Positions 35,289 through 44,320 of a stretch of DNA of 59,923 nt are shown here, piece by piece. Below the pieces are notes generated by a model. It ran no database searches and was not told the DNA's origin. It worked only from the letters and a program-made list of their open reading frames with translations. The first letter of the stretch is position 1. Each line of letters opens with the position of its first letter. A program made the translations under genes and the position numbers. Origin of the DNA: Parcubacteria group bacterium (lineage in GTDB: Bacteria > Patescibacteriota > Minisyncoccia > Phycocordibacterales > Zambryskibacteraceae); the NCBI GenBank assembly GCA_028286465.1, contig JAQBRN010000004.1, positions 1 through 59,923 of the forward strand. Reading direction: 5' to 3'.

Positions 35289-35317
35289 AAAATATCATCA
35301 TAAACAGCTTATGTCAA
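35289..35317 (-). promoter_or_regulatory. sigma70-type promoter TTGACA-17-TATTTT (- strand)
   Basis: Minus strand gaaTTGACAtaagctgtttatgatgaTATTTTgc. Confidence 0.65.
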
Positions 35318-35392
35318 TTCCCTCTCTCAATGTGCTGCAACACAAAACCCGCCTCCTTGCGGATAGCGGGTTTTGATTCTTAGGTAGTTCGA

Positions 35393-35854
35393 TTACTTTT
35401 TCGCGATCTCGGCACCTGAGATGTACTTGCTCCAACATGGAGACGAGGACGACCAGGGCTGGGAACCGCCATCATGCTCATAGAGGTAACGGCCGAATGC
35501 GGCGTTACCATCGAGCGTGTAGATGTCGTATCCGAGGGCCTTCGCCTCATCGGCGTGGTAGAGCTCATTGATCTGCATCACACCCACGTCGTAGTGGTTC
35601 ACTTCACCGCGGATCACATTGCCGTTCTTATCGAACTGGCGGTTGTGGGACTCACAACCTGCGATCTTCGCGAGAAGCGGAATGTCTGCGAAGTAATCTG
35701 CGAGATAGCGTTTAACGTTCTGCGGGTCTGAAATCGGCTGATAGTCTGCGACGTCGATCTCTTTCGTGACCAAGGCACCGGGGTCCGCCTGATTTGTCGT
35801 CTGGCGAGCCTGCATGACCTTTGGTGTCGTCGTAGCCGGCTGGATGGCCGACAC
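35393..35854 (-). CDS. SLT-domain lytic transglycosylase (VirB1/IagB-like); N-terminal signal peptide disrupted by in-frame TAG (see findings)
   Basis: IAGCESHNRQF...DVGVMQINELYH = catalytic E-S and D.G.MQIN motif of specialised lytic transglycosylases; the 153-aa track ORF starts at a GTG inside what reads as a signal peptide. Confidence 0.65.
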   Translation of the reverse strand: MSAIQPATTTPKVMQARQTTNQADPGALVTKEIDVADYQPISDPQNVKRYLADYFADIPLLAKIAGCESHNRQFDKNGNVIRGEVNHYDVGVMQINELYHADEAKALGYDIYTLDGNAAFGRYLYEHDGGSQPWSSSSPCWSKYISGAEIAKK

Positions 35855-35997
35855 GTTCGGACTGGAAAGAGCGAAGAGAAGACTAAGGGTCGTGAACTGG
35901 AAAATAAAGGTTCGCTAAACTTTTAACATTAGATGCCGTGATCCGTAGGGCAAACCCCTCACTAAACGAAAAACCAGCGGACTGCTGATTCCTATAT

Positions 35998-36026
35998 ATA
36001 CTAGCACCTTTGACAAGCAAAGTCAA
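35998..36026 (-). promoter_or_regulatory. sigma70-type promoter TTGACT-17-TAGTAT (- strand)
   Basis: Minus strand TTGACTttgcttgtcaaaggtgcTAGTAT, about 60 nt upstream of ATG 35929. Confidence 0.6.
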
Positions 36027-36146
36027 GTGTTTTCCAGTACGAATCAGCCTACCCGTGGCTCCATAGAGCCATATTTATAGAAGCACCTGCTGAGCACTTT
36101 TCGGCCCTTTTGGCCTCCTTAGACAGACGATTCCCCTCCCCTGCCC

Positions 36147-36560
36147 TTACGGCTTCTTACAATTCGTCGCCAAGGTATATCCAGCGGCTTCGGCCATACT
36201 CGCCGCTGCAAAGGTAACCTTATTGGCTGCCGTCACCGAACTTTTGCAGTTCGTATAATAGTACTTCGTGCCTTTGCTTGAGGCATAGACCGATCCACTT
36301 GAGCTATCCAAGGCCTTGCCTTGGACAACGGAGGCTGGGGTTGAGGTCGAGCTCGAAAGTGCCTGAATGGCCCCATTGTCATACCTGATCTCGACCCCCT
36401 TTCTCCCCTCTCCGGCTGAGAGCCTCCCGACACCGAAGCCGAGTCCGGCCACAAGAAGGATGACGAGAGCGAGGAATACCTTCCGGAAAAGCTCTCTAAA
36501 GTGTCCTCCGGGAACAGGCTCGCCATCCTTGTCAAAATGGATTGTCTCGGGTATACTCAT
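36147..36560 (-). CDS. hypothetical membrane-anchored protein with Cys-flanked C-terminal module
   Basis: 137 aa; TM helix VFLALVILLVAGLGFGV; C-terminus VYASSKGTKYYYTNCKS...AAGYTLATNCKKP. Confidence 0.6.
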   Translation of the reverse strand: MSIPETIHFDKDGEPVPGGHFRELFRKVFLALVILLVAGLGFGVGRLSAGEGRKGVEIRYDNGAIQALSSSTSTPASVVQGKALDSSSGSVYASSKGTKYYYTNCKSSVTAANKVTFAAASMAEAAGYTLATNCKKP

Positions 36561-36567
36561 CTGACTA

Positions 36568-36575
36568 ATTATACA
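36568..36575. promoter_or_regulatory. overlapping face-to-face -10 boxes in the 20-bp rpmA / 36560 intergenic region
   Basis: + strand TTATAC (6 nt before rpmA ATG) and - strand TATAAT (7 nt before ATG 36560) share the same 8 bp. Confidence 0.45.
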
Positions 36576-36580
36576 GCGTT

Positions 36581-36853
36581 ATGGCACATAAGAAATCAGC
36601 CGGAACAACTAAAAACGGGCGCGATTCGAATCCTAAGTACTTAGGGATCAAGCTCTCCCCAGGCAGCCAGACTAAGGTCGGCTCCGTTATCGTCCGCCAG
36701 CGCGGTACGGACATCCTCCCGGGCAAGAACGTCGGCATGGGCAAGGATCATACACTCTTCGCTCTCAAGGTCGGCAAGGTCGAGCTCGGATACAAAAGGA
36801 AGCTCCACTTCAACGGCAAGACCCTCAAGAAGAAGGTCATCAGCGTCAACTAA
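36581..36853 (+). CDS. rpmA: 50S ribosomal protein L27
   Basis: 90 aa; [24 protein letters not shown]...RQRGT...[13 protein letters not shown]. Confidence 0.95.
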   Translation: MAHKKSAGTTKNGRDSNPKYLGIKLSPGSQTKVGSVIVRQRGTDILPGKNVGMGKDHTLFALKVGKVELGYKRKLHFNGKTLKKKVISVN

Positions 36854-36857
36854 GAAT

Positions 36858-36879
36858 CGCTCCGAAAGGAGCGGTTTTT
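36858..36879 (+). terminator. rho-independent terminator after rpmA
   Basis: cgctcc-gaaa-ggagcg + GTTTTT. Confidence 0.75.
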
Positions 36880-36881
36880 GT

Positions 36882-36910
36882 TTGACAAAGCACGGTTTGG
36901 AGAGTTATAT
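36882..36910 (+). promoter_or_regulatory. sigma70-type promoter TTGACA-17-TTATAT
   Basis: Read directly; ATG 36919 lies 8 nt after the -10 box. Confidence 0.65.
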
Positions 36911-36918
36911 GATCAAAG

Positions 36919-37392
36919 ATGGTTCCCCATACCGAGCGAGGCCGCATGTCTGCCATTACTTCCGAAAAGGCTCTTCCCTTCGCCAAGCGCGCTTTGGGCG
37001 CCGCCTCGCCTGACGCCATCAGGCATCTCATCTTGATCTGCGAGAATGGAGGCATGCATGGGAAGGTCTACGACGACTGCTTCTACGGCCTCCTTGCAAA
37101 AGGAAGCGGAACCGATCTCTCAGGCGAAGATTATTACGAAAGGCTTGTGGCATTCTGCAGCGAACGTCTCGGCGTAAAGATCGTCTTCAACCGGCTCGAT
37201 CCGCTCGAGCAATACCTCCACGACATCCACAAGCGCCACACGTACAAGACGAGTCCCGAGCTCGCACAGATTCTCATGTGGTGCGAAGAGGAACTCGGGT
37301 CGCGAAAGACCTTCGTGCCGCCATGGGTCAACTGGATAAAGGTCGAGCAAGAACTCGAAAAACAGTACCCCGGTGCCTTGATCGGCACTTAG
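36919..37392 (+). CDS. hypothetical protein
   Basis: 157 aa (alternative ATG 36946 behind GAGG); no family recognised. Confidence 0.55.
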   Translation: MVPHTERGRMSAITSEKALPFAKRALGAASPDAIRHLILICENGGMHGKVYDDCFYGLLAKGSGTDLSGEDYYERLVAFCSERLGVKIVFNRLDPLEQYLHDIHKRHTYKTSPELAQILMWCEEELGSRKTFVPPWVNWIKVEQELEKQYPGALIGT

Positions 37393-37414
37393 TCCTCCAA
37401 CAGAGGACTTTTTT
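37391..37414 (+). terminator. terminator hairpin with T-run on the + strand only, lying between convergent genes 36919..37392 and rplI
   Basis: agtcctc-caaca-gaggact + TTTTTT; the hairpin is not preceded by an A-run, so the - strand reading (rplI side) has no T-run. Confidence 0.7.
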
Positions 37415-37856
37415 ATTGCGCTTCGACAGTGAGCGTGAAGTGGGTCAGCTTGTCCCCCACCTTGACCGGAATCTCGAAGGCACCGACATCGCGGATGCCC
37501 TCGAAGAGATTGATGTACGCAAAGTCGACCTCGATTCCCTTCTCCTTCTTCAAGTGAGCGGCGATCTTCTCGGCAGTGAGCTTTTCGAAGAGGTGGCCCT
37601 TCTCATTGGCCTTGGCTCGCATCACAAGATCCACTCCTGAGAGCTTCTGCATTTCTTCGTTGACCTTTTCATTCTTCGCTATCTTCCCCCTCTCTTCCTC
37701 AAGCTTCAGCGCCTTGATCTGAGAAGCCGCACCGGCCGTAGCAGCTACTGCGAGCTTGCCCGGAATGAGCTTATTGATGGCGTACCCATCGGCGACATTC
37801 TTCTCCTCCCACCGCTTCCCTATCCCCTTAACATCCTTTAAGAATATGACTTTCAT
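37413..37856 (-). CDS. rplI: 50S ribosomal protein L9
   Basis: 147 aa; [32 protein letters not shown]; TGtTATACT 6 nt upstream of ATG. Confidence 0.92.
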   Translation of the reverse strand: MKVIFLKDVKGIGKRWEEKNVADGYAINKLIPGKLAVAATAGAASQIKALKLEEERGKIAKNEKVNEEMQKLSGVDLVMRAKANEKGHLFEKLTAEKIAAHLKKEKGIEVDFAYINLFEGIRDVGAFEIPVKVGDKLTHFTLTVEAQ

Positions 37857-37895
37857 GGCGCTAGTATAACAAAACTCAGCGCAATTTCGAGCCTG

Positions 37896-39128
37896 CTATT
37901 TCCCCGTATTCAAGAACTCCTTTGCGCGATCAAGCTGAGGATCCTTGCCCGCTGCGGCGTCTGCCTGGGTCATGGGGACGATAATAGCCGGCGTAATGCC
38001 GTGGCCCGTGATGAAGTTGCCGTCCGGAGTGAGCCAGTGAGCGATGGTCACCTTAAGCGTGGTATCGTCTGTAATATTGTCGAGTTCCTGGACCGATCCC
38101 TTGCCGAAGGTCTTGTCTCCGATGAGCGTTGCGACGCCCTGTTCCGAAAGCGCGCCCGAAAGGATCTCCGCTGCGGATGCAGAACCACCGTCGACGAGGA
38201 TGACGAATTTAAGATTATTGGTGAAAATGTTGTATCCCTTGGAACGGAAGACATCTTCGGGCTTACTTGCTCCGTAGCTTTCGCGCACCACCACCTTGCC
38301 CGAAGGAAGGAACCAGCTCGCCATGTCGATGGCTGCGTCGAGGTAGCCGCCCGGATTGCCCCTGAGGTCGAGAACCAACTTCGAATCGCCGGACTCGACG
38401 AAGGTACGAAGCGCGCCGCGGAAGAGATCGGCGGAATCTGCGGTGAAGCTGTAGAGCGCGATGTAGAAAGTGCCATTGCCGAGCTCCTTCGTGTCTATGG
38501 TAGGAATGTTGATGACGTCTCTTGTGACGGAAACATCGAACGGTGCCTTGACCCCTTTTCTGAAGATATTAAAGACGACCTTCGAGCCCTTCTGACCGCG
38601 GATAAGCTGCACGGCTTCGTCCGTCGACATGGCACTTGTATCCTTGCCGTCGATCTTCAGAACGATATCGCCCGAAAGAATGCCTGCTGCTGCAGCGGGG
38701 CTACCCTTCAAAGGCGCGATAACGGTGAGCGCCCCGTTCTGGGTGACCACTTCCATGCCGACGCCTTCGAAATTGCCCCTGATGTCCGATGCGAAAAGCG
38801 CCGACTGCACCGGAGGGAAGAAAACGGTGTACGGGTCGCCGAGAGACGAGGTGAGGCCCTCTATGGCGCCGTAGATCTTGTCCTGATCCGTGACGGGCTT
38901 CGTCGTCGTACCTATGGGAGCGACGAACTTCTGATTGATGGTATTCCAAACCTTCCAGAAGGAGGTGAAGTCGACCGTGGTCGGCTTGCCGTCCACGCTT
39001 CCGGTAATATTTTGCGCCACGCTTGCAAGCGTATGCTCCTCGCCGCGGTGATATCCGAAATAGAAAAAGACTCCTGCAAGAAGGACGCCTGCGAGGAGAG
39101 TCTTCAAGTGCCGTGGCGGATAATCCAT
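37896..39128 (-). CDS. ctpA: S41-family carboxy-terminal processing peptidase
   Basis: 410 aa; N-terminal TM, PDZ (AGILSGDIVLKIDG), LDLRGNPGG, GGSASAAEI and downstream Lys. Confidence 0.9.
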   Translation of the reverse strand: MDYPPRHLKTLLAGVLLAGVFFYFGYHRGEEHTLASVAQNITGSVDGKPTTVDFTSFWKVWNTINQKFVAPIGTTTKPVTDQDKIYGAIEGLTSSLGDPYTVFFPPVQSALFASDIRGNFEGVGMEVVTQNGALTVIAPLKGSPAAAAGILSGDIVLKIDGKDTSAMSTDEAVQLIRGQKGSKVVFNIFRKGVKAPFDVSVTRDVINIPTIDTKELGNGTFYIALYSFTADSADLFRGALRTFVESGDSKLVLDLRGNPGGYLDAAIDMASWFLPSGKVVVRESYGASKPEDVFRSKGYNIFTNNLKFVILVDGGSASAAEILSGALSEQGVATLIGDKTFGKGSVQELDNITDDTTLKVTIAHWLTPDGNFITGHGITPAIIVPMTQADAAAGKDPQLDRAKEFLNTGK

Positions 39129-39165
39129 TTTCAGTATTCTAACACTCTTCTGTTATACTTGTAAT

Positions 39166-39969
39166 GTGAAAAACATATACAAATACAAGGACGCCACGTG
39201 GATCGATCTCGTCAAGCCGACTGCGGAAGAAGTCGACGAAGTCGCCAGGGACTACAACCTCTCTGGTACGGTCGCTGCCGGCCTTCTCTCCCCGACCTCG
39301 CGGCACATCGTCGAATTCGGTCCGAGGCATGCGTATCTCGTCCTCCACTTCCCCGCTTTCAAGGATGACAACGGCGGCGATGCGGCTTTCGAACTCGACT
39401 TCGTCATCGGCGACAATTACCTCATCACCGCCCGCTACGCGAAGATCGAGGCCTTCGACAAGCACATCACCTCCCTCGATGAGAACGGCCTTTCGAAGCA
39501 GCCGGAACACGCGCGCAACGTTCTCTTCTTCGGACTCCTTCGCGAGCTCGTCGCCAACTTCGAGCACAAACTCTCGAAGATCGACCACTGGACGAGAGAT
39601 ATCGAGAAGAACATGTTCGACGGCAAGGAATCGCGCACTATCTTCGAACTCTCGGAAGCCTCGCGCCATCTCATCGACTTCAGGAAGATCACCGCCGTCT
39701 ACCCCGACGCGCTCGAAGCCCTCGAAATGGAGGGCCAGAAGGAATTCGGCAAGGAATTCAGCGATTTCTCGGAAGAGATCTCCACGAGTTTCCATAAGGC
39801 GCGTTTGAAAATGGACATGCTTGCCGACGCCGTGCGCGAACTGAGAGAAACGAACGATTCCATCCTTTCGGTCAAGCAGAACAATTCGACCCAGCTTGTG
39901 GCCGTCATCACCCTTCTGACCGATGTCGTGGTCGGCGCCGTCCTTATCTATCTTGCCGTTCATCATTGA
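39166..39969 (+). CDS. CorA-like protein lacking the GMN pore motif and second TM helix (GTG start)
   Basis: 267 aa; CorA-like cytoplasmic domain; ends ...NNSTQLVAVITLLTDVVVGAVLIYLAVHH after a single TM. TGtTATACT 6 nt upstream of GTG. Confidence 0.55.
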   Translation: MKNIYKYKDATWIDLVKPTAEEVDEVARDYNLSGTVAAGLLSPTSRHIVEFGPRHAYLVLHFPAFKDDNGGDAAFELDFVIGDNYLITARYAKIEAFDKHITSLDENGLSKQPEHARNVLFFGLLRELVANFEHKLSKIDHWTRDIEKNMFDGKESRTIFELSEASRHLIDFRKITAVYPDALEALEMEGQKEFGKEFSDFSEEISTSFHKARLKMDMLADAVRELRETNDSILSVKQNNSTQLVAVITLLTDVVVGAVLIYLAVHH

Positions 39970-41366
39970 TGCGACTTCATAACACTCTTACAGGACAGAC
40001 CGAGGAATTCGTGCCGATCGAGCCCGGCCGCGTCCGCATGTATAATTGCGGCCCGACGGTGTATGACCATGTACACATCGGCAATCTGCGAGCTTTCCTT
40101 ACTGCAGATATCATTCGCCGCGCTTTCGAATACAAGGGCTTCGAAGTGAAGCAGGTCATGAACATAACGGATGTCGGCATCGGCGGCGACAACGACGAGG
40201 GTGAGGACAAGATTGTGAAGGGACTCAAGCGCGAGGGCAAAGAGATCACGCTCTCCGCCATGAAGGAGCTGACCGATTTTTATACCGAAAGATTTAAGGA
40301 AGATACAGCACTGCTCAATCTCCTCCCCCCGCACGTATTGCCGAGAGCCTCGGATCATATTGCTGATGATATTGTCCTGATTCAAAAGCTCGAAGAAAAA
40401 GGATTCGTCTATACAACATCCGGCGGCGTCTACTTTGATACATCGAAAGATCCGCACTACGGCAAACTCGGAGGCACCGGCGGAGACGAATCCCGCATAG
40501 GAGAAAACAGCGAGAAGAAAAACCAAAAAGACTTTGCCGTTTGGAAATTCAATACAACGATCGGCTATCCAAGTCCATGGGGACAAGGCTTTCCCGGCTG
40601 GCATATCGAGTGCTCGGCCATGTCGATGAAGTACCTCGGCAACACCTTCGACATACATACGGGTGGTATCGACCTCGCACCGATTCATCACAACAACGAG
40701 ATCGCACAGTCAGAAAGCGCCTGCGGATGCGACTACGCGCATTATTGGATCCACAATGGCTTCGTGAATCTGACTGGCGAGAAGATGGCGAAATCCGAAG
40801 GCAACACATACAAGCTCTCGGATATCACCGAAAAAGGCTTCTCTCCCCTTGCCTATCGCTACCTTCTCCTTGGCGCTCATTACCGCACACCGCTCAACTT
40901 CACATGGGAAGCGCTCGATGGGGCACAAAATGCATGGAAGAGACTCAACAAAATAAAATTGGAATTGAATGAGGCAGTGAAAAATAGTAACGGCCCCGCA
41001 CATGTCGAAGAACTGACTCCTCTGGCCGCAGATTACAAGAAGAAATTTTCAGACTTTATTGATAATGATCTCGCCACTCCGCAGGCTCTGGCGTTGCTTT
41101 GGGAAGCGGTAAAAGACAAAAACCTTTCGAGCCTTGAGATGAGGCATTTGGTCTATACTTTCGATAAAGTTTTAGGGCTTGATCTCGACAATGAATCGTC
41201 CGCGATCTCCGATATCCCCGCGGAGCTAGAGCAACTCCTCGCCGACCGCGAAGCAGCGCGCATGGTGAAGAATTGGACGAAGGCGGACGAGATCCGTGAA
41301 AAGATCCGCACGCTCGGGTATGAGGTGAAGGATACGGACGAAGGACAGAAACTCGAAAGAATATAA
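39969..41366 (+). CDS. cysS: cysteine--tRNA ligase
   Basis: 465 aa from ATG overlapping the upstream TGA; MYNCGPTVYDHVHIGNLR (HIGH), WHIECS, KMAKSEGN (KMSKS). Confidence 0.95.
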   Translation: MRLHNTLTGQTEEFVPIEPGRVRMYNCGPTVYDHVHIGNLRAFLTADIIRRAFEYKGFEVKQVMNITDVGIGGDNDEGEDKIVKGLKREGKEITLSAMKELTDFYTERFKEDTALLNLLPPHVLPRASDHIADDIVLIQKLEEKGFVYTTSGGVYFDTSKDPHYGKLGGTGGDESRIGENSEKKNQKDFAVWKFNTTIGYPSPWGQGFPGWHIECSAMSMKYLGNTFDIHTGGIDLAPIHHNNEIAQSESACGCDYAHYWIHNGFVNLTGEKMAKSEGNTYKLSDITEKGFSPLAYRYLLLGAHYRTPLNFTWEALDGAQNAWKRLNKIKLELNEAVKNSNGPAHVEELTPLAADYKKKFSDFIDNDLATPQALALLWEAVKDKNLSSLEMRHLVYTFDKVLGLDLDNESSAISDIPAELEQLLADREAARMVKNWTKADEIREKIRTLGYEVKDTDEGQKLERI

Positions 41367-41392
41367 AAACTCCCGGATTCCCGGGAGTTTTT
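41365..41392. terminator. bidirectional rho-independent terminator
   Basis: AAAAA-ctcccgg-attc-ccgggag-TTTTT between convergent cysS and 41415..41792. Confidence 0.8.
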
Positions 41393-41414
41393 GTTAGGCA
41401 GTCTTTGCAACTGA

Positions 41415-41792
41415 TTATTTATTGATCGATTTATAAATGTGCGAATCAGGATTCTCAGACTCATTCTGAGCGCGCTGATACTGAGCGACGCGATTATATC
41501 TATCAATATAATGCTTACACTCGTCTTGAGTCAGCGACTTGCCGTCTAAGGTACCTCTATAGGAGTACTCCCGACCAATCCCAGATATACCACGAGCAAT
41601 TGAGAGCTTTTGTCCAGTTTCGATCGTACCCTCAAGAGAATCACCATAATACGAAGCCTTGGTGAAGTCGCATTTATCAAGAAGCTCTTTATCTTCCTCA
41701 GTCAGACTTTCACGCACTTTGGAAGCCAGACCTTCTATCGTGCCTTCAAGTGCCTCTTCAGGATTTTTCTCAAATGAACTTTCTATTCCCAT
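41415..41792 (-). CDS. hypothetical protein, distal gene of the ATPase operon
   Basis: 125 aa, acidic; ATG 1 nt after the stop of the upstream ATPase gene (TAAtATG). Confidence 0.55.
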   Translation of the reverse strand: MGIESSFEKNPEEALEGTIEGLASKVRESLTEEDKELLDKCDFTKASYYGDSLEGTIETGQKLSIARGISGIGREYSYRGTLDGKSLTQDECKHYIDRYNRVAQYQRAQNESENPDSHIYKSINK

Positions 41793-41793
41793 A

Positions 41794-44307
41794 TTATTTA
41801 GTTAAAGTTTCTATAGGCTTATTCTCCTCCGGTTTCTTGTACTTGGCAAGGATCTCCCCTTCCACCTCGGCTCTCGGGCGGCCGTACGCCGCATGGGAGG
41901 CGGCCTTCACGGCAGCTCCCGTCTCGGGATTCCCTTTCTCCGGAGCCGGGATCCGTATGTCGAAAGGCTTCTGCGGAATACCCTTCACTAAGAGCTTCAT
42001 ATAGGCGTTGTAGTTATCGATATTCTGTATGTCCTTGGCGGAGAAGACCGGCGAGAGCTGCTTCTCGAGGAATTCCGCGTCTTCCGAGCCAACACGGAAG
42101 ACCGCCATCGAACCGACGTTCCCGAAGATCGCATCACGGATCTTCTGGTCTATCTGCGCGATGAACTGATGCGCGACGGTCAAGGAGAGCTTGTACTTGC
42201 GAGCCTCGGAAAGGATCGAGGCGATAGAGTCCGTCGTGATGTTCTGGAACTCGTCGATATACAGATAGAAGGGCGGCAGATCGATACCCGAGGAATCGGC
42301 GCGAGAGAGCGCAGCCATGAGGATCTTGCCGACAAGGATAAGACCGATCAGGTTCGCGTTCAGGTCTCCGAGACGGCCCTTCGAAAGATTGACGAGGAGG
42401 ATCTTCTTCCCGTCCATGATCTCGCGGAAGTTGAAGGTCGAATGTTCCTGTCCGATGACCGGGCGCATGATGTCGTTTGCGAGGAAGTTATCGAATTTCG
42501 AAACGATGTAAGGCACCATGTTCGCCAAGGATGCCTCTCCGCCCGCCTTATCCGCGACCTCGCGCCAGAACTGGATAACCAGGGGATTTGTGCACTTCTC
42601 GAGTTTCCGCATACGGAACTCCTTCGAGGTAAGAACGCGCGAGACGTCAACGAGGGTCGAACCGGTGTCGGGATCATCGATGGTGAGGAGAACCGCATTC
42701 CTGAAGTACTGCTCGAACATCGGGCCACCCGAGGTCTTCATATCGAAGAGCTTGTTGAATATGGAAAGCATTTCGTTGACGACGAAGGTCTTCTGCTCCG
42801 GGAAACGTCGATCGTACTCGAGCATGTTGAGAGCCATCGGACGCTCGACGTAGGCCGGGTCGAAGTAGATCACATCCTTCTGCCTCTCGGGTGGCACAAG
42901 AGCAAGGATATCTTCTACGTCCGAGCCGTGCGGGTCGATGAAGCAGAGCCCGTGCCCGCTTCGCATATCCTCGACGATCATGTTCTTCAAGAGCGAGGAC
43001 TTGCCGGTACCCGTCTGGCCGATGACATAGAGATGGCGGAGACGGTCCTCGGGAGATATATACACCTTGGTCTCGCGGCCCTGATACGAGTTCGTGCCGA
43101 GGAACGTGCCTTCTGCCGGCAGGCCGAGCGGTGTCGGAGCGCCCGAGGAGCGGACCTGCTTGAGCTGCGATGCTCCCGCGAGCGCCGAGGTATGGAAGTG
43201 GAAGAGCGACGTGAGTTCCTTAAGATTGAGCGGCAGCTCTTCCTTGCCCGAGTAGATGCGGAAGGAGAAATTGCGGAAGAATGCACCCTTGCCCGATTTC
43301 ACGCGTACGAAACGCAGAGCGTTCGACACCGGGAGCGAGAATTGATTGAAAGCGGACTCGATCTCGCCGAGCACCTTCTCGGCCTCGGCTACGTTTGGAG
43401 CCGAAGTGACGATGCGAATATTTGTGGACACTGTCGGACTCTCAAGCTTCTTCTTGACAAGCTCGATCGACGCGCTGTCGACAGCCTTGGGTTTGTCTTC
43501 GGCTTCTTTCTTCTTCGTAGAGAAGAAGCCACTGAGTTCATGGAGCACTTCCTGACCAAGCGATCGTTCGGCTATTGCTTCTTTGGCGCTCTTGCCTTTC
43601 TCGAGAGCGCGCACGGCTTCCGTATAACGCTTGGTATAGAGCTCCCCTTGCGGATTGAATATGATCTGGATCACCGCCCCTGCGCCGTCCTTGGGGATCT
43701 TCGAGAAGGCCGACAGGATCTGGCTCAAAGGATCGGAATCGAAAGCGTCATATGTTTTGAGCGGCATGGCCGAGGGCGATGCGAGCTCTGCCACAGAGGC
43801 GGCTACGCTGCTGCCGGATGCGAAAAGGTTGTAATCACGCTCTCGTTCCACGACGCGGGCAGTTGGAAATATGGAGAGGAGATGCTTCTCGAAAAGGTCC
43901 TTCTTCTCGTTCGGAACGGAAGCGTAGAAAACGAATTCCTCGCTTCCCTCCCCGTTCGCGATCTCGAGCACGAAGTAGTTCTTGCCCATGGTCGACTGCT
44001 CCGAGACGCCGATCATGCCGGCATAGAACTGCTCCATGGAGGAGATAAGGGTCTTGAACGATTGTCCCTCGACTTCCTGGGTCTCGGGAATACCGACCTC
44101 GAGAAGCGTCATATTGAGAGCGCGATACAGGGGGCCGGACTCGGCACCCTTCTCCTTCACACCCTGGCGCACTTCGGAAGCGAGGGCGTCGTGGACATCG
44201 TCCTCGAGCATCCAATCTTCGGACTTCTCTATCTTGCCGAGCGCTTCGGGTACGCCCTTCTCATGAGAAACCTGGAGCGCTTCTTCGAGATTCGGATTGT
44301 CGGTCAT
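41794..44307 (-). CDS. FtsK/HerA-superfamily P-loop ATPase, TraD/VirD4-coupling-protein-like
   Basis: 837 aa; Walker A GQTGTGKSS, DPHGS, Walker B YLYIDEFQN, SEARKYKLSLTVAHQ; about 400-aa N-terminal region of unknown type. Confidence 0.8.
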   Translation of the reverse strand: MTDNPNLEEALQVSHEKGVPEALGKIEKSEDWMLEDDVHDALASEVRQGVKEKGAESGPLYRALNMTLLEVGIPETQEVEGQSFKTLISSMEQFYAGMIGVSEQSTMGKNYFVLEIANGEGSEEFVFYASVPNEKKDLFEKHLLSIFPTARVVERERDYNLFASGSSVAASVAELASPSAMPLKTYDAFDSDPLSQILSAFSKIPKDGAGAVIQIIFNPQGELYTKRYTEAVRALEKGKSAKEAIAERSLGQEVLHELSGFFSTKKKEAEDKPKAVDSASIELVKKKLESPTVSTNIRIVTSAPNVAEAEKVLGEIESAFNQFSLPVSNALRFVRVKSGKGAFFRNFSFRIYSGKEELPLNLKELTSLFHFHTSALAGASQLKQVRSSGAPTPLGLPAEGTFLGTNSYQGRETKVYISPEDRLRHLYVIGQTGTGKSSLLKNMIVEDMRSGHGLCFIDPHGSDVEDILALVPPERQKDVIYFDPAYVERPMALNMLEYDRRFPEQKTFVVNEMLSIFNKLFDMKTSGGPMFEQYFRNAVLLTIDDPDTGSTLVDVSRVLTSKEFRMRKLEKCTNPLVIQFWREVADKAGGEASLANMVPYIVSKFDNFLANDIMRPVIGQEHSTFNFREIMDGKKILLVNLSKGRLGDLNANLIGLILVGKILMAALSRADSSGIDLPPFYLYIDEFQNITTDSIASILSEARKYKLSLTVAHQFIAQIDQKIRDAIFGNVGSMAVFRVGSEDAEFLEKQLSPVFSAKDIQNIDNYNAYMKLLVKGIPQKPFDIRIPAPEKGNPETGAAVKAASHAAYGRPRAEVEGEILAKYKKPEENKPIETLTK

Positions 44308-44320
44308 TACTATAAGTATA

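Noticed and set aside
10076-36026. Two - strand promoters (10076..10104 and 35998..36026) share TTGACTTT...AAAGGTGCTA; this was considered as a common operator for a shared regulator.
   Set aside because: Most of the identity is explained by the consensus -35 hexamer, the TGc extended -10 element and the -10 box itself. Only AAAGG in the spacer remains, which is too little to claim a regulator site.
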